DNA of 64,000 nt from Shigella phage ESh24: the sequence record ON528734; one strand, written 5' to 3'. Made by a program: the position numbers and the translations under genes. The notes beneath the pieces were generated by a model that saw only the letters and a program-made list of their open reading frames with translations, was not told where the DNA came from and did not search any database. This document shows positions 53,113 to 62,509 of the stretch, piece by piece. Each line of letters starts with the position of its first letter. Within the stretch, counting starts at the first letter, position 1.

Positions 53113-53188
53113 GCTGATTTAGCTTAGTAGGTAGAGCAACTCACTTGTAATGAGAAGGTCGGCGGTTCGATTCCGTCAATCAGCACCA
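53113..53188 (+). tRNA. tRNA-Thr (anticodon UGU)
   Basis: Full cloverleaf traced by hand (acceptor GCTGATT/AATCAGC, loop CTTGTAA). Confidence 0.8.
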
Positions 53189-53189
53189 A

Positions 53190-53264
53190 GGCCCTGTAGC
53201 TGGAAGGTTCAAGCAAGCGACTCATAATCGCCAGATGGTGGTTCAATTCCACCCAGGGCCACCA
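53190..53264 (+). tRNA. tRNA with CAU anticodon, Ile2 (lysidine) type
   Basis: Loop CTCATAA; anticodon arm GCGACTCATAATCGC resembles the bacterial ileX type rather than Met. Confidence 0.7.
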
Positions 53265-53276
53265 AATTATGAATTA

Positions 53277-53363
53277 GGGGAGTTATCCCGTAGAGGTAGC
53301 GGTGTGGACTGTAAATCCATTGTCATTGCGACTCGGGTGGTTCGACTCCATCACTCCCCACCA
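53277..53363 (+). tRNA. tRNA-Tyr (anticodon GUA), type II
   Basis: Acceptor GGGGAGT/ACTCCCC, loop CTGTAAA, long variable arm. Confidence 0.7.
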
Positions 53364-53367
53364 ATTT

Positions 53368-53443
53368 GGATGTGTAGCTCAATGGCAGAGCGATCGCCTG
53401 TTAAGCGATTGGTTATAGGTTCGAATCCTATCACGTCCGCCAA
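53368..53443 (+). tRNA. tRNA-Asn (anticodon GUU)
   Basis: Acceptor GGATGTG/CACGTCC, loop CTGTTAA. Confidence 0.7.
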
Positions 53444-53446
53444 ATA

Positions 53447-53522
53447 CGAGGCATAGCTCAGAAGGAAGAGCAAGGACCTTCTAAGTCCTAGGTCGTAGGT
53501 TCGATCCCTACTGCCTCGACCA
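53447..53522 (+). tRNA. tRNA-Arg (anticodon UCU)
   Basis: Full cloverleaf traced by hand; loop CTTCTAA; CCA encoded. Confidence 0.8.
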
Positions 53523-53538
53523 ATTAAGTGAGGAAAAT

Positions 53539-53889
53539 ATGAAAGGTAATGTTTATTTAGTAGTTCACGATTTAACATTTTATTTTAATCACAATGACAC
53601 TGTTATTTCTGAACGTGTAATTAATTTGCTTTATCAACACGCGGATTATGTTTATGTCGAAAACGAATATGGTCATTGGCAATTTCTCAAAAATCGTTCA
53701 TTTGGCTTAGATGGTTACGAATACTTTGAACGTAAAGACCTTTTAGATAAAATTCCGTTATCTACGCAATATCAAAATCACGAGTCTTTATATAAATGCC
53801 GTCCAATTCGAAATGCTGAATCTGCGTATGAAGCAATTGATTTATGGCGTAAACGTCGTGAACAGATTGATGCTTTAAAAGAATATTAA
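53539..53889 (+). CDS. hypothetical protein (116 aa)
   Basis: GAGGAAA RBS 6 nt upstream of the ATG. Confidence 0.6.
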   Translation: MKGNVYLVVHDLTFYFNHNDTVISERVINLLYQHADYVYVENEYGHWQFLKNRSFGLDGYEYFERKDLLDKIPLSTQYQNHESLYKCRPIRNAESAYEAIDLWRKRREQIDALKEY

Positions 53890-54230
53890 GAAACCGGGTC
53901 GCTACCGGTAAGTCGTCGGACTGATGTTCCCTGGGTAAGGAATCGTGTTAATAAATCTTTATGATTTGTTGATGCCCTCTTACATCACAGCAGAAACGGC
54001 GCACCGAATTATCGATTCGAGGAAATATCTTTGCCGTAAGCCGAGTAGCGTTTTTGACGGAACGTTCGGATATGGTCGAGATATGGCCTTTTAAAAAAAT
54101 ATTGAGTAGCGTCAACTGCTTAATAACCGGGTTCGAATCCCGGCGTTTCGTACAAACACTTGCCTTAGCAGGTGGAACCCCGACAAGGTTGCCGCAAGGC
54201 TTAGCCCCGACCGAAAGGTTGGGGCTTTTT
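53890..54230 (+). ncRNA. candidate small stable RNA region (T-arm-like hairpin and strong terminator)
   Basis: No convincing ORF; CCGGGTTCGAATCCCGG T-arm-like element at about 54124-54142; ends with a 10 bp GC stem (AGCCCCGACC-GAAA-GGTTGGGGCT) plus TTTTT at 54203-54230. Confidence 0.35.
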
Positions 54231-54305
54231 AGTTTGAATCACTCAGAGAATGCTGTTACGGATAATAAATAATTAATAACCAATAAATTATTTCAAGGAT
54301 TTTAA

Positions 54306-54869
54306 ATGAAAACCTATGCCGAATTTTTAACCGAAGCAGCAAAATTACCATCTGAAGCAGATCTTACTAAAGTATTCTTCCACTTGGACCCAAAAGACCG
54401 GGGCGATTTTCTTAAGTGGAAAGCTAAAGCTATTGAAATGTATAACATCGATAATAGTTCTTTTACGATGAGTCAAGAAAATAAATTCAATAAAGCATTT
54501 TTCAAAATTTCTAAGAAACTTGCATCAGGCGCTCAGGTTCCTAAATCTGCCTTAGCTACTCCTGAACGTGCGCCTGTTAAAATTTCTAAGAATATGTTCG
54601 ATACTAAAAAATACGTTAATGCTTTGAATAAAGCTCTTGATGCATTGGATGATGCAAAGAAGGCAGCACACGATCTTCAAGACGTATACACCGATTTTGA
54701 TCGTAAAACTAAAGGTTCTATTTCAAATAGCGAACGCAATAGTGTAAGTGTTTATTCTGATAGCCTTGATGTTCTTGGCGATGCGTATACTGAAATTAAA
54801 AATCGTATTAACACCGCATCTAAGCTAAAAGCTGCCGCAGAAGCTATAATAACTAAACTAAGCAAATAA
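54306..54869 (+). CDS. internal-protein-like protein with capsid-targeting leader (187 aa)
   Basis: N-terminus MKTYAEFLTEA is the T-even IP capsid-targeting motif; the body is a basic, Ala/Lys-rich protein. Confidence 0.7.
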   Translation: MKTYAEFLTEAAKLPSEADLTKVFFHLDPKDRGDFLKWKAKAIEMYNIDNSSFTMSQENKFNKAFFKISKKLASGAQVPKSALATPERAPVKISKNMFDTKKYVNALNKALDALDDAKKAAHDLQDVYTDFDRKTKGSISNSERNSVSVYSDSLDVLGDAYTEIKNRINTASKLKAAAEAIITKLSK

Positions 54870-54877
54870 TTTTAAAT

Positions 54878-54902
54878 CCCTATCTAAATGATAGGGCTTT
54901 TT
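54878..54902 (+). terminator. rho-independent terminator (CCCTATC-TAAATGA-GATAGGG followed by CTTTTT)
   Basis: Stem-loop followed by a T tract directly after the 54306 gene. Confidence 0.65.
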
Positions 54903-55034
54903 GGTATCTAGGCCTTTCCAGGCCTCTCTAGGCATCATTTAGTTTCTACCCTTTATAATATATTATCCTATCCTTTGATTTCCCCTCCCTGCCCTAGAAT
55001 TCCCCAAAACTTTTTAAAAAATTTTTCACAAAAC

Positions 55035-55064
55035 TGTTTACATCCTTGTCCTTCCATGGTACTA
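55035..55064 (+). promoter_or_regulatory. early-type promoter (GTTTAC, 18 bp spacer, TACTAT)
   Basis: Shares TTTCACAAA..GTTTACAT with the 50750 and 51080 elements. Confidence 0.45.
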
Positions 55065-55108
55065 TACAACTATCAACTACTGATACAGAAAACAACTTGG
55101 AGAATAAA

Positions 55109-55372
55109 ATGGATAATTACGGTGAACTGTTCAACTTCTTTATGAAATGTGTTTCAGAAGATTTTGGTCGTACAGTGAATGATATTAAAGTTATCGGTCC
55201 TGACCATCCGATGTTTGAAACCTACGCAGTAATGGGTAATGAAGATGGTCAGTGGTATACTGTAAAAGTTGTGATTAACATGTTCACTGCTGAAGGTTAT
55301 GTTAAACTGTCTTCTAAAGTTTACCATGATAACGATGAAATCGCAGAAGAATATTTCAATAATATGAAATAA
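55109..55372 (+). CDS. hypothetical protein (87 aa)
   Basis: Start set at MDNYGEL (GGAGAATAAA RBS); the track's 55046 start lies inside the promoter -10. Confidence 0.6.
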   Translation: MDNYGELFNFFMKCVSEDFGRTVNDIKVIGPDHPMFETYAVMGNEDGQWYTVKVVINMFTAEGYVKLSSKVYHDNDEIAEEYFNNMK

Positions 55373-55441
55373 TTGTGTACAAACACCAAGGACGGTGTTA
55401 TTATAGACTTATCAAAACAAATACAGAAAACGGAGAAATAA

Positions 55442-55618
55442 ATGACTACATTAATTATTTGGTTTGACGAAAATGAAGAAACATACTGCGTGAACATTGG
55501 AGAAAGCCCAATGCCAGAATTTGAATCTTCGGATAAAAACTCGGTTGTATCTTGGGCTGAAGGTTATAAAGCAGCAAAAGGCGATGTTGAAATAGTTTAC
55601 AAACTATCCGGAGTATAA
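55442..55618 (+). CDS. hypothetical small protein (58 aa)
   Basis: Not in the ORF track; ATG at 55442 preceded by GGAGAAATAA; product MTTLIIWFDENEETYCVNIG... Confidence 0.5.
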   Translation: MTTLIIWFDENEETYCVNIGESPMPEFESSDKNSVVSWAEGYKAAKGDVEIVYKLSGV

Positions 55619-55661
55619 TACTCTCGTGGATTTTAAATCTTAATTAACCTAAGGAAATACT

Positions 55662-56255
55662 ATGAACACACTGAAGAAAATTGTTGAGTTTATTCGCACT
55701 AAACTTGGTTCTGCTATGGCTAAAAATCTATCTGTTGAAGAGCAGTATACTGCTGCGGCAGCAAAATTGCTTGATAAAATTAAAGATCTAAAAACTGCTT
55801 CTGTTAAATCTATTAATGAAGAAAAGCGTATTCGTGAACTTATTGTCGAAAAGAATAAGCAGGCCGAATCAAAAGAGCGTGAAATTCGCAAGCTTCTTTC
55901 CGAAGGTCAAGATGTAACAATGCATGCTAAACTCGGTTTACTATATCGTCGAACAGCTGAGCAGTTGACTACTAAAGCTGATGGTTATGCTGAAATGCGA
56001 ATTGAAATTGCCAAGAAAGTAGTTGAGTTAGATGATGCTCGCCAAGAACTTGCAGTTAAATTGGAATATATCCGTGAAACTCGTGCAGCAAATGCCCTTG
56101 GAATTAGTACTGCTGATGATGTAGTTGAAATTGCAGCGCTGACTAAGGTTGATATTGAAGATACTCTTGCCCGAGTTGAAACCTTTAATGGCAATATTTC
56201 CGGGGTTGAAACTACCTCTGCCGATGTTCAGGAATATATTAATTCTCTGAAATAA
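55662..56255 (+). CDS. hypothetical coiled-coil protein (197 aa)
   Basis: Heptad-rich, charged; AGGAAA RBS; followed by a GC hairpin. Confidence 0.6.
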
Positions 56256-56261
56256 CGATAA

Positions 56262-56275
56262 GGGGCTTCGGCCCC
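56262..56275 (+). terminator. stem-loop (GGGGC-TTCG-GCCCC)
   Basis: GC hairpin after the 55662 gene; U-tract is weak. Confidence 0.45.
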
Positions 56276-56296
56276 TATTACTTGGAGTAAGTAGGA

Positions 56297-56905
56297 ATGA
56301 AAATGCAAAGTGATTTCAATTCAATGTTTGAAGAGTTCCAAAGACATGTTGATGTTCCAGACCAATTATTAAATGCTCTTAAACGTATGGCAGAAGGGCG
56401 TAATTATTATTGGGGTTCTTCATATGAAACTGATGAAAGTCTTTCTGGAAGATTTTCTAGAGGTAAAAAGTCTTTAATACGTCCTGGAATACTTATTAAC
56501 AGTATTGAATCAATTCATTTATTAACATGTGATTTTGACGTTGAATTTACTGATTTTGTTTCTCCTGAATGGACGGTCTGTTATTTAAACGACGATTATG
56601 ATTATCTTGGCGTTTATAGTTTAAGTGATGCATGGTTTAAACGTAATTTACAAAAGTCAAATTTATTCTATATTGATACTACTGTAAAGTTTCAGGGCAA
56701 GAAATATTTCTTTACTCTTATAGTTGATTCTGAAACGAAGCATGAAAATAAACGTATTCTTAGTAAAAAGAATATCTTAACTATTGTTGATGATCTTTTT
56801 GATAAATTCGTAGAAAATCCCAATTTTGAAAGCGATTTATTACTAGAAAAATTTGTTAAGGAATGTAGAGAATATGTCAAAGCCATCAATGTATCTTCCA
56901 AGTAA
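56297..56905 (+). CDS. hypothetical protein (202 aa), first member of a shared 3' junction family
   Basis: ORF ending ...EKFVKECREYVKAINVSSK; its 3' end carries the RBS and start of the next gene. Confidence 0.6.
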   Translation: MKMQSDFNSMFEEFQRHVDVPDQLLNALKRMAEGRNYYWGSSYETDESLSGRFSRGKKSLIRPGILINSIESIHLLTCDFDVEFTDFVSPEWTVCYLNDDYDYLGVYSLSDAWFKRNLQKSNLFYIDTTVKFQGKKYFFTLIVDSETKHENKRILSKKNILTIVDDLFDKFVENPNFESDLLLEKFVKECREYVKAINVSSK

Positions 56906-57266
56906 ACCCTTAAAGTATGAATTAAAGCGTCAGATAATTTCTACTGATGTATTAATAGGTCCTGTTATACTCATATCATTTGTAATTCTATTGATTATTG
57001 GAGGTGTTTTAGATGTTATGACTGATATTGATTCTGGCGAAATACTGGTATTAATGCTAATTCTTCCATTAATAGTTCCACTTTTATTAGTACCTGTAAA
57101 TTGGGTAGGATACTGGTATCAAGGAAGACATTATCGTAAACGCGTACGTGATTGGAAAGCACAGTGTGAAAAGATTAAAAAGGAACACCAGCTTAAACTT
57201 GCTGCGTATGAATTTAATGAAATTATGAAATTTGTTAAGGAATCACGATGCAAAAGCCAAAACTAA
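56874..57266 (+). CDS. small two-helix membrane protein (e.x family paralog)
   Basis: Start set at MSKPSMYL (AAGGAATG junction module); two hydrophobic helices; C-terminus ...FVKESRCKSQN. Confidence 0.6.
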   Translation: MSKPSMYLPSKPLKYELKRQIISTDVLIGPVILISFVILLIIGGVLDVMTDIDSGEILVLMLILPLIVPLLLVPVNWVGYWYQGRHYRKRVRDWKAQCEKIKKEHQLKLAAYEFNEIMKFVKESRCKSQN

Positions 57267-57610
57267 ATAAAGTCAAATATTCGCTTCCTGAGTCATTTTT
57301 AATTTTTGCTGTGGCGTTGGCTGCAGCTCTTGCGGGTAGTCTTTTTGGATTGTTAATTGACTGTCTTATTTTAAACATTGACGGCACAGTAAATATAATA
57401 GAAGTTTGGAGTGAACTTCACTATACTAAAATTATTTCATTATTTTCATTCTTTGGTACCATGTTATATTTTCATTATGATAATTTTAAAATAAATTGGC
57501 AAAGAAAAAAAGATTACAAAATACAATTAAAAGAATATAATAGTTACATGTCTCATATTGAAAAAGAATCAATGGAAGAGTTTGTGAGTGATTGTAGGAA
57601 AATCAAATGA
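57248..57610 (+). CDS. small two-helix membrane protein (paralog)
   Basis: 120 aa; two hydrophobic helices; C-terminus ...FVSDCRKIK. Confidence 0.6.
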   Translation: MQKPKLNKVKYSLPESFLIFAVALAAALAGSLFGLLIDCLILNIDGTVNIIEVWSELHYTKIISLFSFFGTMLYFHYDNFKINWQRKKDYKIQLKEYNSYMSHIEKESMEEFVSDCRKIK

Positions 57611-57747
57611 TTTTAAAAACTCGCTGGTATGATTTAGATGATGGGGATGATGGCATTTCAGTTGATAGAGTTGATTGGAATGGTTGTTCCAAAGATATGA
57701 AAAATTTGTTGATTAGGGAGTTTAGAATGGGATTATCAAGCAACTAA
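57607..57747 (+). CDS. hypothetical small acidic protein (46 aa)
   Basis: ATG overlaps the upstream stop (ATGA); not in the ORF track. Confidence 0.4.
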   Translation: MILKTRWYDLDDGDDGISVDRVDWNGCSKDMKNLLIREFRMGLSSN

Positions 57748-57775
57748 GCCATCTATTATAACAGATGATAAATTC

Positions 57776-58077
57776 GTGTGTATTCATAATGGTCGCGCTA
57801 AGTTAACGAACGCTGATTGGTTCACAGATAAAATTATGATTCTGTGGTATATTATTAGTCTTCCTGTGACATCATTCGTATTTTACTTTTTTATAAAAAA
57901 TCCAATGGGCAGAATAGGAGATTGGATTCTTTTAACCATACTTGTTAATATTTTTACAGCAGCAATATTATCTGGGATATGGTACACGTTCATTGAAATG
58001 CCATGGCGGCTACGCAGACAACAAAAGATTTTTGATGAAAAGAAATATACTCAAAATTTAAATAACTTTATCACTGA

Positions 58078-58096
<19 letters not shown>
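57776..58096 (+). CDS. small membrane protein (paralog)
   Basis: 106 aa; hydrophobic helices; C-terminus ...FITECRKLQ. Confidence 0.55.
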
Positions 58097-59065
<969 letters not shown>

Positions 59066-59069
59066 AGTT

Positions 59070-59099
59070 GTTTACTTTCTCCTAAAACTGTGATAGTAT
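59070..59099 (+). promoter_or_regulatory. early-type promoter (GTTTAC, 18 bp spacer, TAGTAT) inside a 7 bp inverted repeat
   Basis: ACTGTGA/TCACAGT flank the -10 hexamer. Confidence 0.45.
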
Positions 59100-59136
59100 A
59101 TTCACAGTTACTAATTAAAATATTTAAAGGAAACAC

Positions 59137-59718
59137 ATGAAAACGTATAAAGAATTTATCGCTGAAGCTTCTGTGGAAAAGGCCAAAGGCATTAATAAAG
59201 ATGAGTGGACCTACCGTTCGGGAAACGGCTTTGACCCTAAAACGGCTCCTATTGAACGGTACTTAGCTACAAAGGCTTCCGACTTTAAAGCCTTCGCTTG
59301 GGAAGGACTTCGTTGGCGTACCGATTTAAATATTGAAGTTGATGGACTTAAATTTGGCCATATTCAGGATGTTGTTGCTAGTAACTTAGACGCAGCTTTT
59401 GTTAAAGCCGACGGTGACCTTCGTCGCTGGAATTTAAAACTGTTCTCTAAACAGAAAGGCCCGGTGTTTGTGCCTAAAGCTGGTAAATGGGTTATTGATA
59501 ATAAATTAGCTAAGGCTGTCAACTACGCTGGTCTTGAATTCGCCAAGCACAAATCATCATGGAGAAGTCTTGATGCAATGGCCTTCCGTAAAGAATTCGC
59601 CGAGGTTATGACTAAAGGCGGCTTTAAGGCAGAACTAGATACCTCTAAAGGTACGTTTAAAGACGCTAATGTTCAGTACGCTTACGCCGTTGCTAATGCA
59701 GCCCGCGGTAATTCTTAA
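59137..59718 (+). CDS. ipIII: internal protein III-like (capsid-targeted)
   Basis: 193 aa; N-terminus MKTYKEFIAEA; position immediately after e. Confidence 0.75.
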   Translation: MKTYKEFIAEASVEKAKGINKDEWTYRSGNGFDPKTAPIERYLATKASDFKAFAWEGLRWRTDLNIEVDGLKFGHIQDVVASNLDAAFVKADGDLRRWNLKLFSKQKGPVFVPKAGKWVIDNKLAKAVNYAGLEFAKHKSSWRSLDAMAFRKEFAEVMTKGGFKAELDTSKGTFKDANVQYAYAVANAARGNS

Positions 59719-59826
59719 TAAAGCCGAGTTCGAACCTGGTAATTGATAAATACAGAAACGGGCAATTCATGTGTGTGAATTGCCTCAAACTTAAAGAATA
59801 AAACTATTTACATTTAAAGGAAACAC

Positions 59827-60300
59827 ATGAAAACATATCAAGAATTTATTACTGAAGCAGCTATTAATTCTCAAATTATTGCTGAATCTTTTACTGATCT
59901 TTTGAAATTTAAAAAAGGACAGAAAATCACTGCTGTATTGGATGATGGTACAGAAGTTGAGATGGATGTGCAAGGATATAATTATGCAGTAGATGGAAAA
60001 CTGTATAATAAATCTCATGCTAAATTTGATTCATTTGACGACTTTGTTAATACAGTTGAAGATGAAAAAACTCGTCGATCCATTGCAACTGGTGATGCTA
60101 AGGTTCTTATGGCACATGGTCATGAACGCATTCGCGCTAAACAGAATAAAATGGGTGAAGATAATTTTGCATTAGTCGGTTATCAATCTGGTAAACAAAC
60201 CTATGGTTATCAGCGTACTGCTACCATGTATAACAAAAATGGTAAAATTGCCTTTGTAAATAGTAAAGGTTCTATTCAGTACGTTAAATCATTCAAATAA
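59827..60300 (+). CDS. internal-protein-like protein (157 aa) at the ipII position
   Basis: N-terminus MKTYQEFITEA; shares the 15 nt upstream sequence ATTTAAAGGAAACAC with the 59137 gene. Confidence 0.7.
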   Translation: MKTYQEFITEAAINSQIIAESFTDLLKFKKGQKITAVLDDGTEVEMDVQGYNYAVDGKLYNKSHAKFDSFDDFVNTVEDEKTRRSIATGDAKVLMAHGHERIRAKQNKMGEDNFALVGYQSGKQTYGYQRTATMYNKNGKIAFVNSKGSIQYVKSFK

Positions 60301-60453
60301 GCAAATAAGAAATATGGGAACAAACTGGACCTCATGATTCTGTGAGGGATTCCCGCCAACCTGTAATAAGGTCGAGCCCAAGTGCGGTAATGGGTAAATA
60401 CAGAAATGGACAATTCATGCGCCACGGAATGGCCCAAACTTAGAGAGAATAAA

Positions 60454-60996
60454 ATGAGAACATTTTTAACTGGTCCTTATCTATCCCTGATGAATGCTTT
60501 TACACACCATTCTGATGCTAGAGTAGAAGAAATTTGTAAGAATGATTATCTTCCACCAATGGAAGATGTGCTCAAACAGTACTGCACACTTCGTATAGAT
60601 GGTGGACGTCAATCCGGTAAATCAATTGCTGTGACTAACTTTGCTGCTAATTGGCTGTATGATGGCGGAACAGTTATTGTTCTTTCTAATACTTCAGCTT
60701 ACGCTAAAATTTCTGCAAATAACATTAAAAAGGAATTTTCGCGTTATTCTAATGATGATATACGTTTTCGTTTATTTACTGATTCTGTCCGTAGTTTTAT
60801 CGGTAATGAAGGTCATAAATTCCGTGGGTTATCGCTTTCTCGTATCTTGTACATAATTGACGAACCTATTAAAGCTCCTGATATGGATAAGATTTACAAT
60901 ATCCATATTAAAACGGTACAACACTGTTGTCGAAGCTATAATGCTGAAACAGGTGAAACAGTTCGTCCTCAATTTTTTGTGATTGGAATGCAATGA
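60454..60996 (+). CDS. small P-loop NTPase (Walker A GGRQSGKS, Walker B LYIIDEP)
   Basis: Start set at MRTFLTG (GAGAGAATAAA RBS), about 180 aa. Confidence 0.6.
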   Translation: MRTFLTGPYLSLMNAFTHHSDARVEEICKNDYLPPMEDVLKQYCTLRIDGGRQSGKSIAVTNFAANWLYDGGTVIVLSNTSAYAKISANNIKKEFSRYSNDDIRFRLFTDSVRSFIGNEGHKFRGLSLSRILYIIDEPIKAPDMDKIYNIHIKTVQHCCRSYNAETGETVRPQFFVIGMQ

Positions 60997-61322
60997 TGAC
61001 AGACACACAGCTTTTCGAATATCTTTATTTTTCGCCAAAAACTATTAAAAATAAATTGGTGAATCATTTTGAAATTTTGGCAAATAACAACATTTTGAGC
61101 GAATTTTATCCCAAGCAATACAAATTACAAAAAGGCGTATTCAAAGGATGCAGAGTTTTGTGCACGGCTCCTAATGCACGGCTAATGAATAAAATTCCAT
61201 ATTTTACCATGGAATTTATTGATGGGCCTTTTAAAGGACTAATCACGCAGAGTTTAATGGCATATGATTCTGAGCCATTTTTAATTAAAGAACAATCTTG
61301 GATAAATTTATTTTCTAATTGA
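60993..61322 (+). CDS. hypothetical protein (109 aa), translationally coupled to the P-loop NTPase
   Basis: ATGA start/stop overlap with the upstream gene. Confidence 0.55.
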   Translation: MMTDTQLFEYLYFSPKTIKNKLVNHFEILANNNILSEFYPKQYKLQKGVFKGCRVLCTAPNARLMNKIPYFTMEFIDGPFKGLITQSLMAYDSEPFLIKEQSWINLFSN

Positions 61323-61329
61323 GGTTTAT

Positions 61330-61692
61330 ATGAAAGCATATCAAATTCTTGAAGGCACGCATAAAGGTACTATTTATTTTGAAGATGGTATTCAAGCACG
61401 AATTATTGTCTCTAAAACCTTTAAAGAGGACTCTTTTGTAGACCCAGAAATTTTCTACGGTTTGCATGCCCGTGAAATTGAAATTGAAACACAACCTACA
61501 GTTAAAATTGAAGGTGGTCAACACCTGAACGTTAACGTTCTGCGTCGTGAAACTCTGGAAGATGCAGTTAAGCATCCGGAAAAATATCCGCAGCTGACCA
61601 TCCGTGTATCCGGTTATGCAGTTCGCTTTAACTCTCTGACTCCGGAACAGCAGCGCGACGTTATCGCTCGTACCTTCACCGAGAGTTTGTAA
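61330..61692 (+). CDS. autonomous glycyl-radical cofactor, GrcA/YfiD-like
   Basis: C-terminal [57 protein letters not shown] carries the RVSGY glycyl-radical motif; the 3' half uses CTG/CGT/CCG codons unlike the rest of the window. Confidence 0.85.
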   Translation: MKAYQILEGTHKGTIYFEDGIQARIIVSKTFKEDSFVDPEIFYGLHAREIEIETQPTVKIEGGQHLNVNVLRRETLEDAVKHPEKYPQLTIRVSGYAVRFNSLTPEQQRDVIARTFTESL

Positions 61693-61913
61693 TGGCAAAG
61701 ATAATTATTGAAGGTTCTAAAGATGTGCTAAATGCTTTCGCCGAGTGGTTTAGTAATTCAGGCGAACAGCAATTTAATGAAGCATGGAACATGGGTGATA
61801 TTAATGGAATTTATCCTACGACAGAAATTTCTGTTCAGGGATATGGCATTCATGAACCTATTCGTTTAGTTGAATATGATTTATGCACTGGTGAGGAAGT
61901 CAAATATGATTGA
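61692..61913 (+). CDS. hypothetical protein (73 aa)
   Basis: TAATG stop/start overlap with the GrcA-like gene. Confidence 0.5.
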   Translation: MAKIIIEGSKDVLNAFAEWFSNSGEQQFNEAWNMGDINGIYPTTEISVQGYGIHEPIRLVEYDLCTGEEVKYD

Positions 61914-62172
61914 AGATATTAAAGGTTATAAGCCACATACCGACGAAAAAATCGGTAAAGTAAATGCTATTAAAGACGCTGAAGTTCGTTTAGGACTTAT
62001 CTTTGATGCTTTATACGATGAATTTTGGGAAGCATTTGATAGCTGTGAAGATGATGAACTTGCGAAGAATTACGCCGAAAGCCTCGATCAGTTAACTATT
62101 GCTAAAACGAAACTCAAAGAAGCCAGTATGTGGGCTTGCCGTGCTGTGTTCCAACCAGAGGAAAAATACTAA
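61906..62172 (+). CDS. hypothetical acidic protein (88 aa)
   Basis: Start set at MIEDIKG, overlapping the upstream stop. Confidence 0.5.
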   Translation: MIEDIKGYKPHTDEKIGKVNAIKDAEVRLGLIFDALYDEFWEAFDSCEDDELAKNYAESLDQLTIAKTKLKEASMWACRAVFQPEEKY

Positions 62173-62450
62173 TGGCTCAATTAAGCGCAGGGTTTGGTTA
62201 TGAGTATTATACTGCACCTCGTCGTGTATCTGCCGCTCCTAAGAAAATTCAAAGTCTTGATGACTTCCAAGAAGTAATTCGTAATGCTTTCCAGGACTAT
62301 GCGCGTTATCTTAAAGAAGATTCACAGGACTGTCTCGAAGAAGATGAAATTGCTTACTATGCGCAGCGTCTTGAACAGCTTAAAAACTTACATGAGGTTC
62401 GTGCAGAAGTTTCAAAGTCTATGAATAAATTGATCAGATTTAAAGAATAA
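62172..62450 (+). CDS. hypothetical protein (92 aa)
   Basis: Start set at MAQLSAGF (TAATG overlap). Confidence 0.5.
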   Translation: MAQLSAGFGYEYYTAPRRVSAAPKKIQSLDDFQEVIRNAFQDYARYLKEDSQDCLEEDEIAYYAQRLEQLKNLHEVRAEVSKSMNKLIRFKE

Positions 62451-62452
62451 CT

Positions 62453-62482
62453 GTTTACTTTTCCTCTTGACTGTGGTATAAT
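62453..62482 (+). promoter_or_regulatory. early promoter for regB (GTTTAC, 18 bp spacer, TATAAT)
   Basis: Consensus-like; an 8 bp imperfect inverted repeat CTTGACTG/CAGTTAAG brackets the -10. Confidence 0.55.
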
Positions 62483-62509
62483 TTTTCTATCAGTTAAGAG
62501 GAGAATAAC

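Noticed and set aside
53235-53578. Track ORFs 53235..53456 (+) and 53351..53578 (-)
   Set aside because: They overlap tRNA-Ile/Tyr/Asn/Arg and have no RBS; the tRNA genes explain the sequence.
54054-54272. 72 aa ORF inside the candidate RNA region
   Set aside because: TTG start, no ribosome-binding site, Arg/Gly/Pro-rich product from a GC-rich structured region; more consistent with an RNA gene than a protein.
55662-56255. Coiled-coil protein as a possible PspA/IM30-family homolog
   Set aside because: Only a vague resemblance in heptad pattern and one DTLAR motif; not enough to call without a profile search.
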